Below are positions 23,980-33,494 of a DNA stretch of 64,000 nt, piece by piece; the first letter of the stretch is position 1, and each line of letters starts with the position of its first letter. The DNA is from Conexivisphaerales archaeon (lineage in GTDB: Archaea; Thermoproteota; Nitrososphaeria; Conexivisphaerales; DTJL01): assembly GCA_049509455.1 (NCBI GenBank), contig JBEKZX010000002.1, positions 2,764 to 66,763 on the forward strand. Reading direction: 5' to 3'. The position numbers and the translations under genes were made by a program. The notes under the pieces were generated by a model, which was not told where the DNA came from, did no database searches, and saw nothing but the letters and a program-made list of their open reading frames with translations.

Positions 23980-24345
23980 ATGGCTATGATATGTGATAGT
24001 CGTCGGACCTTGAAGAAGAGGAAGATCGATCCGGAGGCCGTCTACTCTCTTGTAAAGCAGATCCCAAGAGGAAAGGTGACCAGCTATGGAGAGCTGGCGG
24101 TCGCTGTCGGCCATCCTAAGGCAGCCCGTGCCATAGGGAGCATCATGCATGTGAATCCTTACGCGCCGGTCGTCCCGTGCCACAGGGTCGTGCATAAAGA
24201 CGGCCGCATCGGAGGCTTCGGGGACAAGCACGGCGTGCCTAGGAAGATTGAACTGCTGGCGGCCGAAGGAGTATTTGTGAAAAAGGGCAAGGTGAAAGAC
24301 TTCGACAGGGTCTACTTTGTCGGGTTCAGGACGAAGCAGTCCTGA
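23980..24345 (+). CDS. MGMT-family alkyltransferase, DNA-binding/active-site domain only
   Basis: 121 aa. YGELAVAVGHPKAARAIGSIMHVNPYAPVVPCHRVV carries the PCHRV active-site motif. Confidence 0.75.
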   Translation: MAMICDSRRTLKKRKIDPEAVYSLVKQIPRGKVTSYGELAVAVGHPKAARAIGSIMHVNPYAPVVPCHRVVHKDGRIGGFGDKHGVPRKIELLAAEGVFVKKGKVKDFDRVYFVGFRTKQS

Positions 24346-24360
24346 ATCCTGTCCATAATG

Positions 24361-26517
24361 TCAGCAAGGCCGTTTCTGCATCGGCGGTTTGATTAGTATC
24401 CTCGCATCTAGAGCCTTGCAGCCCTTGCCATCCTCGAGTACCACGAGCGGATTAATGTCCAGCTCGCTGATCTCCTGAAGCTCGCAGGCCATCTGCGATA
24501 GCCTCTCTAGGTTCTCTTCGAGTTTAGTTATATCACCTTTCTTGGAACCCCTATAGCCAGCGAGGAGCTGACTGGCTCTGGTCGAGCTGATCATGTTATA
24601 CGCACCCAATTCCCTGATGGGTGCCAGCCTGAATGATACATCCTTGTAAAGTTCTACCGCTGTGCCTCCCGTGCCGAAGACAATGATGGGGCCGAACTGG
24701 GGGTCTCTCTTGACACCGAGGATGGTCTCTATTCCACCTTTCACCATTTCGTAGATTCCAACGCCCCAGACTTTCGCGTTGGGCGCGGCCGCGTTCACCG
24801 CCTTTATCATCTCTTCATACGATTGACGTAGCGCGCTAGCGTCCTGAATGCCGACCTTGACTCCTCCTACGTCCATCTTGTGGATGATGTCGGGTGACAC
24901 TATCTTCATGACCACAGGATAGCCTACCTCTTGGGCCGCTTTGATGGCCTCTTCCACGTTCTTCGCGAGATAGTGTCTTGGCACGTCGAACCTGTATGCT
25001 TCTAGGACATCGTAGGCTTCGGGTTCGGTCAGTACCTCTCTTTTCTCCTTCGTCACCGCGTCGATGATACTCTGGGCCTTCGCTCTGTCTACATCTTTGA
25101 ACGTCTTCACCTCTGTCCTGCGCCTGAGGACCCAGCTTTCATACTTCTGCATCATGGCAAGGGCCCTTACGGCGGACTCGGAGAATTGGTACACAGGAAC
25201 GTTGTTCTCCTCTAGGTAGACCACCCCTTCATCGTCGGGGGGGGCCCCTGGGAATGAAACCATGATTGTCTTGTCGGTCTGGCTGGCCGCTCTAGCGATG
25301 GCTTCGGCGATGGCCTTGGTGTCGGTCATGAATTGCCTAGTGGCGATCACAATCAGGGAGTCGATGGAGGGGTCCTTTATCATGACCCCAAGTGTCTTCT
25401 CATACCTGTTCTCGTCGGCGTCCCCAATTATGTCGATGGGATTGTTCAGGGCGGCGGCGGCCGGAAGGAATGATTTCAAAGCAGTGATCGTTTCGGGCAT
25501 GAGCGTTGGGATGGACATTTCATACCTGATGCAAGCGTCAGTCGTCAGTATGCCTGGTCCCCCGGCGTTCGTGATGATGCCAATCCTGTTGCTCTTGGGA
25601 AGGCGCTGCCTAGCAAAGGCGATAGCGTAGTCAAAGAGCTCTGCCGTGAATTCGACGCGAAGGACGCCGCTCTGGAGGAAGATGGCATCATACACTTCGT
25701 CGGAGCCGGCGAGAGACCCAGTGTGTGAAGAAGCCGCTTTGGCTCCTGCCGCCGTGCGACCGGCCTTTAGAGCCAAGATGGGCTTCCCAATTGTATCTGT
25801 CACCGTCCTGACCGTCTCTATGAATCCTCTGCCATCGACTAGATCTTCAAGGTAAAGCAAGATGACCTTGGTCAGGGGATCGCTGGCTAGGGCCTTCAGC
25901 AGGTCGAGCTCGTTGAGAACGGCCTTGTTTCCCAAGCTTACCACTTTGGATATCCCAATGTTCCGTGAAGAAGCGTAATCCATCAGCGACACGCCTAGCG
26001 CGCCACTCTGGGAAACGATGGCAATGTTCCCAGCCCTAGGAACACGCTTAGCGAAGGTCGCGTTCAGTTGGACGTTGGGATCCATATTACCCAACCCGAG
26101 ACAGTTGGGGCCAACCAGCGGCAGGTTGTAAGAATTGGCAGCTTCTTTTAGAGCCTCTTCCAACTTGGCTCCTTCGGCCCCCGTCTCTTTGAACCCGGCG
26201 CTGATGACGACCACGCCCTTGACGTCTTTCTTGCCGCAGTCGATTATACATTGAGGCACGAACTTACTGGGGATGCATATGACAGCTAAGTCTACAGGAT
26301 CTGGAATCTCTAAGACGGAAGAGTAACAACGCACTCCGAGAATGGAGCGTGTCGATGGGTTCACAGGATATACTATGCCTTTGAACCCCGTCTTCAGGAT
26401 GTTGGCGAAGACGGCGTAACCTACGCTGTCCTCCCTAGCGGAGGCCCCTATCACGGCTACGGACGATGGTTTCATGAAGGCGATGAGACGGGTGAAGGTG
26501 TTATCGAGGTCTGACAT
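24361..26517 (-). CDS. acd: Acetyl-CoA synthetase (ADP-forming), fused alpha/beta
   Basis: 718 aa. It has an N-terminal CoA-binding domain (VAVIGAS...GYAVF), a succinyl-CoA-synthetase-like flavodoxin domain (SHTGSLAGS) and a C-terminal ATP-grasp. Confidence 0.85.
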   Translation of the reverse strand: MSDLDNTFTRLIAFMKPSSVAVIGASAREDSVGYAVFANILKTGFKGIVYPVNPSTRSILGVRCYSSVLEIPDPVDLAVICIPSKFVPQCIIDCGKKDVKGVVVISAGFKETGAEGAKLEEALKEAANSYNLPLVGPNCLGLGNMDPNVQLNATFAKRVPRAGNIAIVSQSGALGVSLMDYASSRNIGISKVVSLGNKAVLNELDLLKALASDPLTKVILLYLEDLVDGRGFIETVRTVTDTIGKPILALKAGRTAAGAKAASSHTGSLAGSDEVYDAIFLQSGVLRVEFTAELFDYAIAFARQRLPKSNRIGIITNAGGPGILTTDACIRYEMSIPTLMPETITALKSFLPAAAALNNPIDIIGDADENRYEKTLGVMIKDPSIDSLIVIATRQFMTDTKAIAEAIARAASQTDKTIMVSFPGAPPDDEGVVYLEENNVPVYQFSESAVRALAMMQKYESWVLRRRTEVKTFKDVDRAKAQSIIDAVTKEKREVLTEPEAYDVLEAYRFDVPRHYLAKNVEEAIKAAQEVGYPVVMKIVSPDIIHKMDVGGVKVGIQDASALRQSYEEMIKAVNAAAPNAKVWGVGIYEMVKGGIETILGVKRDPQFGPIIVFGTGGTAVELYKDVSFRLAPIRELGAYNMISSTRASQLLAGYRGSKKGDITKLEENLERLSQMACELQEISELDINPLVVLEDGKGCKALDARILIKPPMQKRPC

Positions 26518-26792
26518 GCACCATTCATGTTCCCCACGTCGGTGGTAGTTTTAACCATGACCATCAGTCGTCAGCTTACATGTCTCCGAAAAGGGTAGGG
26601 CGTGATTCAATCTCTTTGCATCAAACGGTAGCTTGTGTATTGAGAGCTGAACATGGTCACTGGGTGGATCAAGACGGCGATGAGACTGTAAGGCCAAAGC
26701 CGGAAGAGATGATGGGGTTATTTCGTTCATTGAAGCTCAATGAATCGAGAGCAAGTATAAGGTAAATATACTGTCAGCAAGTAGGGATGCCT

Positions 26793-26931
26793 GCCGGGAG
26801 GCCGGGATTCAAACTTCAAGCCCGACAGCTCAGCCTGGTTAGAGCGCCAGCCTCCTTCGAAGGGCGATACTCATAATCTGGAGGTGGACGCGAGCCACCA
26901 GAAGTCGAGGGTTCGAAACCCTCTCCCGGCA
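26793..26931 (+). tRNA. tRNA-Met/Ile2(CAU) with three inferred introns (true 5' end may be 26801)
   Basis: 139 nt. Features are acceptor GCCGGGA/UCCCGGC+A, D arm GCUC-AGCCUGGUUA-GAGC, anticodon loop CUCAUAA and T arm GAGGG-UUCGAAA-CCCUC. Extra blocks of about 18-26, 18 and 19 nt sit after position 8, in the anticodon stem and in the variable region. The heptamer GCCGGGA occurs twice in tandem (26793, 26801). Confidence 0.65.
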
Positions 26932-26933
26932 CC

Positions 26934-26938
26934 TTTTT
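26934..26938 (+). terminator. Oligo-T terminator after tRNA-Met
   Basis: TTTTT followed by cttt, 3 nt after the discriminator base. This is the archaeal poly-T termination signal. Confidence 0.4.
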
Positions 26939-27007
26939 CTTTCTTGGGGCCGTTTGACGTTGTAAGCTTTAATAATTGAATGGATGGAGGGTGATGCTGT
27001 ATACTGT

Positions 27008-27118
27008 ATGACCCCCAGTCAATTCTTCTCATTCGCGGGTACGCTTACCTTCGTAATCCTCGTAGCGGCCGTCATATCCCTGTTCATATACGAGCACTAC
27101 GCAGCGAAGAAAAAGTAA
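27008..27118 (+). CDS. Possible 36-aa single-TM micro-protein
   Basis: ATG..TAA gives MTPSQFFSFAGTLTFVILVAAVISLFIYEHYAAKKK, with a hydrophobic core and a basic C-terminus. There is no other support. Confidence 0.25.
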   Translation: MTPSQFFSFAGTLTFVILVAAVISLFIYEHYAAKKK

Positions 27119-27134
27119 GATAGAACGACCCGTA

Positions 27135-29843
27135 TTGACAATGGCCGCGGACGTCGCGTTACGTGTCCTCCTGTCTAAGGCTGGCATAGAAAGTCCGACC
27201 TCCATTCAGACCAAGACTTGGCCTATCATAATAAGGCGCAAGAACTCCCTTGTGTGCGCTCCCACCGGGTCAGGGAAGACGGAAGCCGTCATGATTCCGG
27301 TGCTAGTGTCGATGGCAGCCTCTCGGAAGGTGCCGGGCATCAGGGCGCTCTACGTTACGCCCTTACGGGCTCTCAATCGTGACCTTCTGGTGCGGCTGAC
27401 GGAGTATGCAGAAGCGGTCGGGTTGAAGGCGGCAGTCAGACATGGCGACTCGCCAGAATCGGCCCGAAGGAAGACCTTGACGAATCCTCCTGATCTCCTC
27501 ATAACCACGCCTGAAACGTTGGGGATCCTTTTGTCCTCTAAGAAGTTCAAAGAGAACCTGAGGACGGTCGAATGGGTTGTAATAGATGAAGTCCATGAGT
27601 TGGTGAACAGTAAGAGGGGAGCTCACCTAGCTATCAGCCTCGAGCGCCTCGCATACATCGCTAGCAAACCTCCGGTCAGGGTCGGGGTCTCCGCCACTAT
27701 AGGGAACCTTGATTTGGCCGCCAAGTTCATCCTCGGCGCAGAGGGGGATTACGCGATAATCGTAGACCCCGTACCGAGGGAGTATGAAATAGAACCAATC
27801 CTGCTTGACGGTGACTTCCGGGCTGTGGCGAGTTACGTTCTCAAGGATATGGTAGGCAAGAACTATGGTACTTCTCTGGTATTTGCTAACACTAGAGATG
27901 AGGTGGAGATCATAACTGCTCTGATGAAAGAGAAGAACGAACTGAGCGTGGGAGTCCATCACGGCTCCCTGTCCAAGGAGATACGAGAAGATGTAGAGCG
28001 TGCGTTGAAGGGAGGGAAGCTTAGGGTCGTGGTGTCTACTTCCTCCCTTGAATTGGGTCTTGATATTGGGGACATCGACCATGTGTACCAAATCAATTCT
28101 CCGCGCCAGGTCACCAAGCTCGCTCAGAGAATAGGTCGCAGCTTCCATGAAGTTGGACATAGGGCTGGCGGAACGGTATTGTGTACCGATATGGACAACT
28201 ACGTGGAAAGCCTTGCGCTCATCAGACGCCTGAAGGAAGGCAGTATTGAGAAGATTGGTCCGTTGGACCACCCGCTAGATGTCTTGGCTCACCACATAGT
28301 CGGCACGACCATTGAGAGGGGGAGGTATTCTGGGACAGATTTCTTGACCATGGTGAGAGAAGCGTACCAGTATAGTGACCTAGACAGTCCTACATTTGAC
28401 GATGTTGTGACAATCCTCGCAGGAAACTATCTCGTTTGGCATGACGGACCAACTATCAGCGGGCGAGGGAAGAAGACTTACGAATTCTACTTTTCGAACG
28501 TCTCTATGATACCGGAAGTCGAGAACTATGAAGTGGTTGAGCTGATGAGCAGGAAGAAGATTGGTTTCTTGGACGAGAGGTTCGTCGCAGAAAACATGGA
28601 ACAGAACCAATCGGTTATACTGCACGGCGAACCCTGGCGCGTCGTGTCGATTGATGATCAAGAAGCCAAAGTGTTCGTCGAAAGGACGAAAACGCTCGCC
28701 GGGGCCATTCCCATATGGACGGGCGAAATGATGCCTGTCGAATGCGAGACCGCGCGGATGGTCGGACGGATCAGGAATGGTTCGTCAGGGGAAGGCGGTG
28801 AGCTTGCAAAATATCATGATCGGATTCTGGAAGAGCTGGGGGTGATTCCCGACGAGGACGATGTAATTATTGAGGTCGGAAGGGGTGGGGCTGTGATTCA
28901 TTCCTGTTTCGGGACGAAGATTAACAGCACGCTAGAGAAGATGGTTTCTGCTATGATACGGGGACTCCAGGGAGGCGTCCCTCAATCAATCAGTGACGCA
29001 TATAGGATACTTGTTCTTTCACAACCGCTTTTGAGTGGAGAAAGGCTCAGAGATTTGATTATGCAAGTGAAGGACCTAGAAGCTGTCACTGTCTCTGAAA
29101 TCATTTCGTATAGAGTATTCCAGTATGCAATATGGCAGGTCGCCAAGCGATTCGGTGTGATAGACAGGACGGCGAAGTACGATCGCAGGGCAGCCAAGGT
29201 GATTATGGAGAGGTATCGACAGACACCTGTCTATGTTGAAGCCCTAAACGAAGTGTTGCAAAGGAAGTACGACATTGCAGGCGCGAAGAATGTGTTAGAA
29301 AAAATGCAGGACGGCCGCATCAGGATTGGGATTGTGAACACAGAGAGGTATTCAGTGCTTTCATCTAGAATCGTTGATGATGCGATTGATAGGGGGGTCG
29401 AGGGACCTGAGAAAGCGGTCGAAAAGCTAAAGGAGCGTCTGAGCGTCCGTCACGTCAAATTGGTTTGCCTGACCTGCGGGAAATGGAGTAGTGTGATTAA
29501 GGCTTTTGAAGCCCAAGACAAGTTCCGATGCAAACTCTGTGGTTCCAGGATGATAGCGATTACTTCGCCGTATGACATCATGACTGAGAAGGTTGCGGAG
29601 AAGAGGGTGAAGAAGAAGCGGTTGGCCGAAGATGAGGACAAACGATTCAGGAAGGCTTGGAAGTCGGCGTCGTTGGGCATGTCCTTTGGACGCAAGGCGG
29701 CTATAGCTATGTCCTGCTACGGCGTAGGTGAAGACACTGCTGGCAGGATTCTCAGACAGTCTGTGACAGAGGAAGACATGTTCCTTCAGCTCTATTATGC
29801 GGAAAGGAACTTCCTCCTTTATCGCCAGTATTGGGACAACTAG
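27135..29843 (+). CDS. Lhr-like superfamily-2 ATP-dependent helicase
   Basis: 902 aa. Motifs are APTGSGKTEA (Walker A), DEVHEL, a helicase C domain, a DEAD/H-associated region and a C-terminal CLTCG...CKLCG zinc ribbon. Confidence 0.75.
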   Translation: MTMAADVALRVLLSKAGIESPTSIQTKTWPIIIRRKNSLVCAPTGSGKTEAVMIPVLVSMAASRKVPGIRALYVTPLRALNRDLLVRLTEYAEAVGLKAAVRHGDSPESARRKTLTNPPDLLITTPETLGILLSSKKFKENLRTVEWVVIDEVHELVNSKRGAHLAISLERLAYIASKPPVRVGVSATIGNLDLAAKFILGAEGDYAIIVDPVPREYEIEPILLDGDFRAVASYVLKDMVGKNYGTSLVFANTRDEVEIITALMKEKNELSVGVHHGSLSKEIREDVERALKGGKLRVVVSTSSLELGLDIGDIDHVYQINSPRQVTKLAQRIGRSFHEVGHRAGGTVLCTDMDNYVESLALIRRLKEGSIEKIGPLDHPLDVLAHHIVGTTIERGRYSGTDFLTMVREAYQYSDLDSPTFDDVVTILAGNYLVWHDGPTISGRGKKTYEFYFSNVSMIPEVENYEVVELMSRKKIGFLDERFVAENMEQNQSVILHGEPWRVVSIDDQEAKVFVERTKTLAGAIPIWTGEMMPVECETARMVGRIRNGSSGEGGELAKYHDRILEELGVIPDEDDVIIEVGRGGAVIHSCFGTKINSTLEKMVSAMIRGLQGGVPQSISDAYRILVLSQPLLSGERLRDLIMQVKDLEAVTVSEIISYRVFQYAIWQVAKRFGVIDRTAKYDRRAAKVIMERYRQTPVYVEALNEVLQRKYDIAGAKNVLEKMQDGRIRIGIVNTERYSVLSSRIVDDAIDRGVEGPEKAVEKLKERLSVRHVKLVCLTCGKWSSVIKAFEAQDKFRCKLCGSRMIAITSPYDIMTEKVAEKRVKKKRLAEDEDKRFRKAWKSASLGMSFGRKAAIAMSCYGVGEDTAGRILRQSVTEEDMFLQLYYAERNFLLYRQYWDN

Positions 29844-31321
29844 CTCCGTATATGTTGGACCGATGAGTAGTCTCTGAGCTCTATCGAATGGCTTCCCCGG
29901 CTGTCGGTCCGAGGCAATGCACCGTACACGAGCAGCCTTGTCCCGGGCAACAGACCGTTCAACATGTCCGATAGATTTCGCCACGCCACAAGCCTGCTTT
30001 CACCCGTTTCATCACCCACCAAGACCTCTCCCAAGGTGGTCGTCTTTCCATCTCTTAGAATGATATCCCTGGTGACGGGCTTGGCTAGGACTACCAATTC
30101 GATTATCCCCGCCGTGCGCACGGTAGGCAAATCTTGGATCCTAAATTTGAACTGGGCGAGCCCCTGTTGTGAGTTCCCAAGGAGCTGTAGGTCGTCTTCC
30201 GACAGGTTAGAAACGAAGATTTCATCCCCCTTGACGGAGAAGTTCTTCAGCCTGACTTGGTCCCCGGAATCCATGCTGTCGAACAGCCGCGCAGAAGCGT
30301 CGCTGGCAGCCAGCAGGAAAGTGCGTTTCTCCTTCCCCAACAGCACCGACCTTCGCTGTCTGCCGGCGAAGTCGCCTATCGGGCCTACGGATATGATTAC
30401 GAATGGTTCTTCTTCGTGGGTTGGTTGTTGGTTATTGCTCACCGGAGCCAGCAACTCAATCACGGTATTTTCATTGCCATGAAGCTCTAAGGAACCGTCG
30501 GGCTGACGTTTTGAATCCATGTTGATCAGCCGGATTTCCATGCCGCGTTTCACCTGCGTCTCGTATTCCGAGCGAATTGACCAGAGGACAACCCGTAACG
30601 GAGACTCGAAAGAATTCTGACTTGACAGAGTGAGCTGGAGCGCATTGCTGGATGAGCCATCTTGCCGCTTGAATGACATGGGTTTGGGGTCGCTGGTGAC
30701 GAAGCCCCTGACGACCAGACCTCGTCTCGCAAAGTTGATGTCAGAAGTCTTCAAAGTGATGGAATCTAGCTTCTTCGATCCATGGACGTGTGAATCCAAC
30801 ACCTCAATCTTGGTCTGGGCGCTCGAGTGAGTCTCTAGGAGATTGTCTTTCCCGATTCGTGCGGTTACGTTTGATATTCTTACAGGTTCGCCGATGGAAA
30901 CGTTCGCGAACGAACCGTTCTTGGCCAAAGCGTCCCACAGCATGAGCCTCACGGTGATGCCATCGTCGAAGAGGAGAACAGATTGATATGTTCCCTCCGA
31001 TCCGTCTCTCCGGCTGAAGTTGCGGGGAGTGGAGGCAGCCAAGAAATACGACTTGATGTTGACTGACGCCATCCCAGGCCCCAAGTCTTTGAGAGAGTAA
31101 TCGTTTAGGCCTGCGTTAGTGAGATCGATGTTGAGTTCGCTAGCGACCAAGTAACTGGCCCCTGTGTCTGTCAGGAACCCGGAGCCGACCTTTCTTTTCT
31201 TCTCAGCGATCAGGTCAAGCAGCTTGTCCTTCGTCAGGTCACTCCGCTGTCGAGTCATCTCGCTAAGAATCTTCTCTAGTCTGTCGTCTGGCAAAGTGAG
31301 GGCAGCCGGAGAGAAGGCCAT
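29840..31321 (-). CDS. Replication protein A-like ssDNA-binding protein with about four OB folds
   Basis: 493 aa. It has an N-terminal helical domain (LTDTGASYLVASELNIDL) and repeated OB-type patterns (..V.I...V......F.R.DGS.G....L.L.D..G..R..LW..). The stop overlaps the Lhr stop in a CTAG palindrome. Confidence 0.6.
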   Translation of the reverse strand: MAFSPAALTLPDDRLEKILSEMTRQRSDLTKDKLLDLIAEKKRKVGSGFLTDTGASYLVASELNIDLTNAGLNDYSLKDLGPGMASVNIKSYFLAASTPRNFSRRDGSEGTYQSVLLFDDGITVRLMLWDALAKNGSFANVSIGEPVRISNVTARIGKDNLLETHSSAQTKIEVLDSHVHGSKKLDSITLKTSDINFARRGLVVRGFVTSDPKPMSFKRQDGSSSNALQLTLSSQNSFESPLRVVLWSIRSEYETQVKRGMEIRLINMDSKRQPDGSLELHGNENTVIELLAPVSNNQQPTHEEEPFVIISVGPIGDFAGRQRRSVLLGKEKRTFLLAASDASARLFDSMDSGDQVRLKNFSVKGDEIFVSNLSEDDLQLLGNSQQGLAQFKFRIQDLPTVRTAGIIELVVLAKPVTRDIILRDGKTTTLGEVLVGDETGESRLVAWRNLSDMLNGLLPGTRLLVYGALPRTDSRGSHSIELRDYSSVQHIRS

Positions 31322-31365
31322 TTGTTTGTTATATTAACCTATACGTTTTCATGCGATTACCGAAT

Positions 31366-33144
31366 TCAGAAGACGAGCAAGGCAATCAATTCTGCGATAA
31401 GAAGGCAGAAGATGAGTAAAAGGCCTTTCTTGGTGGCGTTTACGGCGTTGGTGAGCGTGGCTTCCATTTGATCAAGTAGATCGGCCTTCGGGAGCTGAAT
31501 ATGTGACACCCATTCAAAGAATCCGAGAGAAGCACCCTTCGTATTAAGGAGAGATTGATCGGCCAGGTTTGACACGGCGGTCGTGATATTGGTGGAGGGC
31601 GTGGTTTCGCCTAGTGCCAAGTACCCCCTCTTGTTCCTGATTCTGGCGGCGTTGAAATGTGAATCGGACGTGCAGAATTCCAGCAGTTTAATCGATTTCG
31701 CAGCCAAGGCTGCGTCTATGTCATGTCTAAGCCCCACTAACGAGTTATTGGAATCCACAGATACTATGGTGTAGTTGACGCCATTGATTGTGATGGTCAT
31801 GCAACCCAGACCACCGGCTCCGATGTCGGCGCCGCTGATGGAAGGGAAGGCGTATGCCTTGTTGGCGCAGCCCAAGCTGAATTCGTATTGAGGGGCAGAG
31901 AAGAGTTCAGAAGCCACCTGTTTGATTCCTTCCAGGGCGTCGGACTGCAACGCGGCGGAAGGGTTGTCTCCTATGGAATTGTGGGCGTCGATTAGGACCA
32001 CCCTCCGATAGCCTATCTTTGCGCAGAGATTCTTTGCCGATTCTCTGAAACTGGAAGGGTAGTCTTCTGATCCTTTCGGCACCGATACGAAGATGCAGAG
32101 TGAGTCTCCAAATCGAATCCCTGTGACGATGGCATCTCCTGATTCTTTGACAAGGGGGGACGAGATTCTGTTACTGAAGGTGCCGTCTACGGGGGGGACG
32201 GTCAGCTGCGCTAGATATCGCTCTACTTCCCGTGAACTTGTGATGTTCAATGAATGATCGACGGCCCCATGGAGGACGAAAACATCATCGTATCCCTTTC
32301 CTCTCAAATACCAATGTATCCTTCCAGGAAGGTCGAAAGCTCCTACTGGCGCAAATGGGCCCGGATGAACTTCTGGTACTACCAAAGCTGTCTTCTTCCG
32401 GTCGTCAGTTGTGAATTCAAGTAGGTATGTGGAGACGGACCCAGCCTGACAAAACGTCGAGAGAGACGACTCCAGCGCGGCGCCATCGAAGTTGGTCCAT
32501 GCGTCGAGGAACGCTTTGAGCAGCTTGAATGAAGGCGTATGAAAGTGCTTCTTGGCAGCCCCGTTGATCCAGCTCAACGTAATCAACGTCGCGAAGAAGA
32601 AACCAGCTCCAAGAGCAAAGGGAAGGCTCAAGGCCGAAGAGACTCCGTACGACGAGATGTACAAGAAGAATCTGAGCGCAAGAGGGAGGGCGTTGAGAGC
32701 CGAGATTGCGATGGCGAGCCATACAGTCTCCGTGAACACGGGCCAGAAGATCAGCACATTGAAGGCCGCTGATACGAACGAAGTGAATGCGAATGAATAT
32801 AGGGCAGCCGGCGGATTGAATCCCTTCGCGAGAAGGATCAAAAGCGTGACGACGAGCCAGACGCCGTTGACGATTGTTAAACTCGCAGTTACTCTTCTGG
32901 TGGTGGCTATGGGAGAAAGATGGGAAGAGATCGTCGTAACCATCTGCAACACAAGAGCTTGAAGTATTAAGATGATGAGAATCATGAAGGTCGCGAGTGG
33001 TGGCTGCAGGCCATAGCAATATTCATAGACGGCAGCCAAGAAGAAGAAGACTACGAAGTATGTAGCTACGATTGAGTAGAGGGACCGGGGAAGCACGAAA
33101 AGCAGTTGAAACCTCTTCGCCATGCTGGCTGAAGCGCTTTCCAT
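31366..33144 (-). CDS. Polytopic membrane protein with large C-terminal soluble domain (possibly DUF2070 family)
   Basis: 592 aa with about 7 N-terminal TM helices and one C-terminal TM. The family assignment is from memory only. Confidence 0.4.
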   Translation of the reverse strand: MESASASMAKRFQLLFVLPRSLYSIVATYFVVFFFLAAVYEYCYGLQPPLATFMILIILILQALVLQMVTTISSHLSPIATTRRVTASLTIVNGVWLVVTLLILLAKGFNPPAALYSFAFTSFVSAAFNVLIFWPVFTETVWLAIAISALNALPLALRFFLYISSYGVSSALSLPFALGAGFFFATLITLSWINGAAKKHFHTPSFKLLKAFLDAWTNFDGAALESSLSTFCQAGSVSTYLLEFTTDDRKKTALVVPEVHPGPFAPVGAFDLPGRIHWYLRGKGYDDVFVLHGAVDHSLNITSSREVERYLAQLTVPPVDGTFSNRISSPLVKESGDAIVTGIRFGDSLCIFVSVPKGSEDYPSSFRESAKNLCAKIGYRRVVLIDAHNSIGDNPSAALQSDALEGIKQVASELFSAPQYEFSLGCANKAYAFPSISGADIGAGGLGCMTITINGVNYTIVSVDSNNSLVGLRHDIDAALAAKSIKLLEFCTSDSHFNAARIRNKRGYLALGETTPSTNITTAVSNLADQSLLNTKGASLGFFEWVSHIQLPKADLLDQMEATLTNAVNATKKGLLLIFCLLIAELIALLVF

Positions 33145-33198
33145 GAATCAATCGTGCACCTAGTGTACGTTGGGATGTTAGCGCATTCATTGTAACTA

Positions 33199-33382
33199 TT
33201 AATCTTTCGTTTGTTTGAAGAAGGCTAGGACCAGCAGAGAGCCTACTTGTAAAGTAGCTTTCGCGCCTAATGATGATGTCCACGTTCGTGCGGAAACTTG
33301 GCGTGTCGTCTTCGAAGAACCGTAGAAGACCCGCATTCAAAGCCGGCAACGGAGCCTTGTTCTTCCGTTTCCTCGTGCTCAT
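33199..33382 (-). CDS. Sec61-beta (SecG)-like protein, apparently interrupted by a +1 frameshift
   Basis: The N-terminus MSTRKRKNKAPLPALNAGLLRFFEDDTPS matches the archaeal Sec61beta motif. The tail-anchor-like segment (GAKATLQVGSLLVLAFFKQTKD*) is in the +1 frame and ends at 33199-33201. The in-frame track ORF (33023..33382) lacks a TM and overlaps the next gene by 120 nt. Confidence 0.4.
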
Positions 33383-33494
33383 GTTCGCTTCTAGCTAGCT
33401 CGCATCATGTTGACTTGGAAGGCGCTCTCATGGGTTTGGCGACCCTATCGTTCGCGGGACAAATTAAAATGATGGATGATTCTATATCTCAGCC

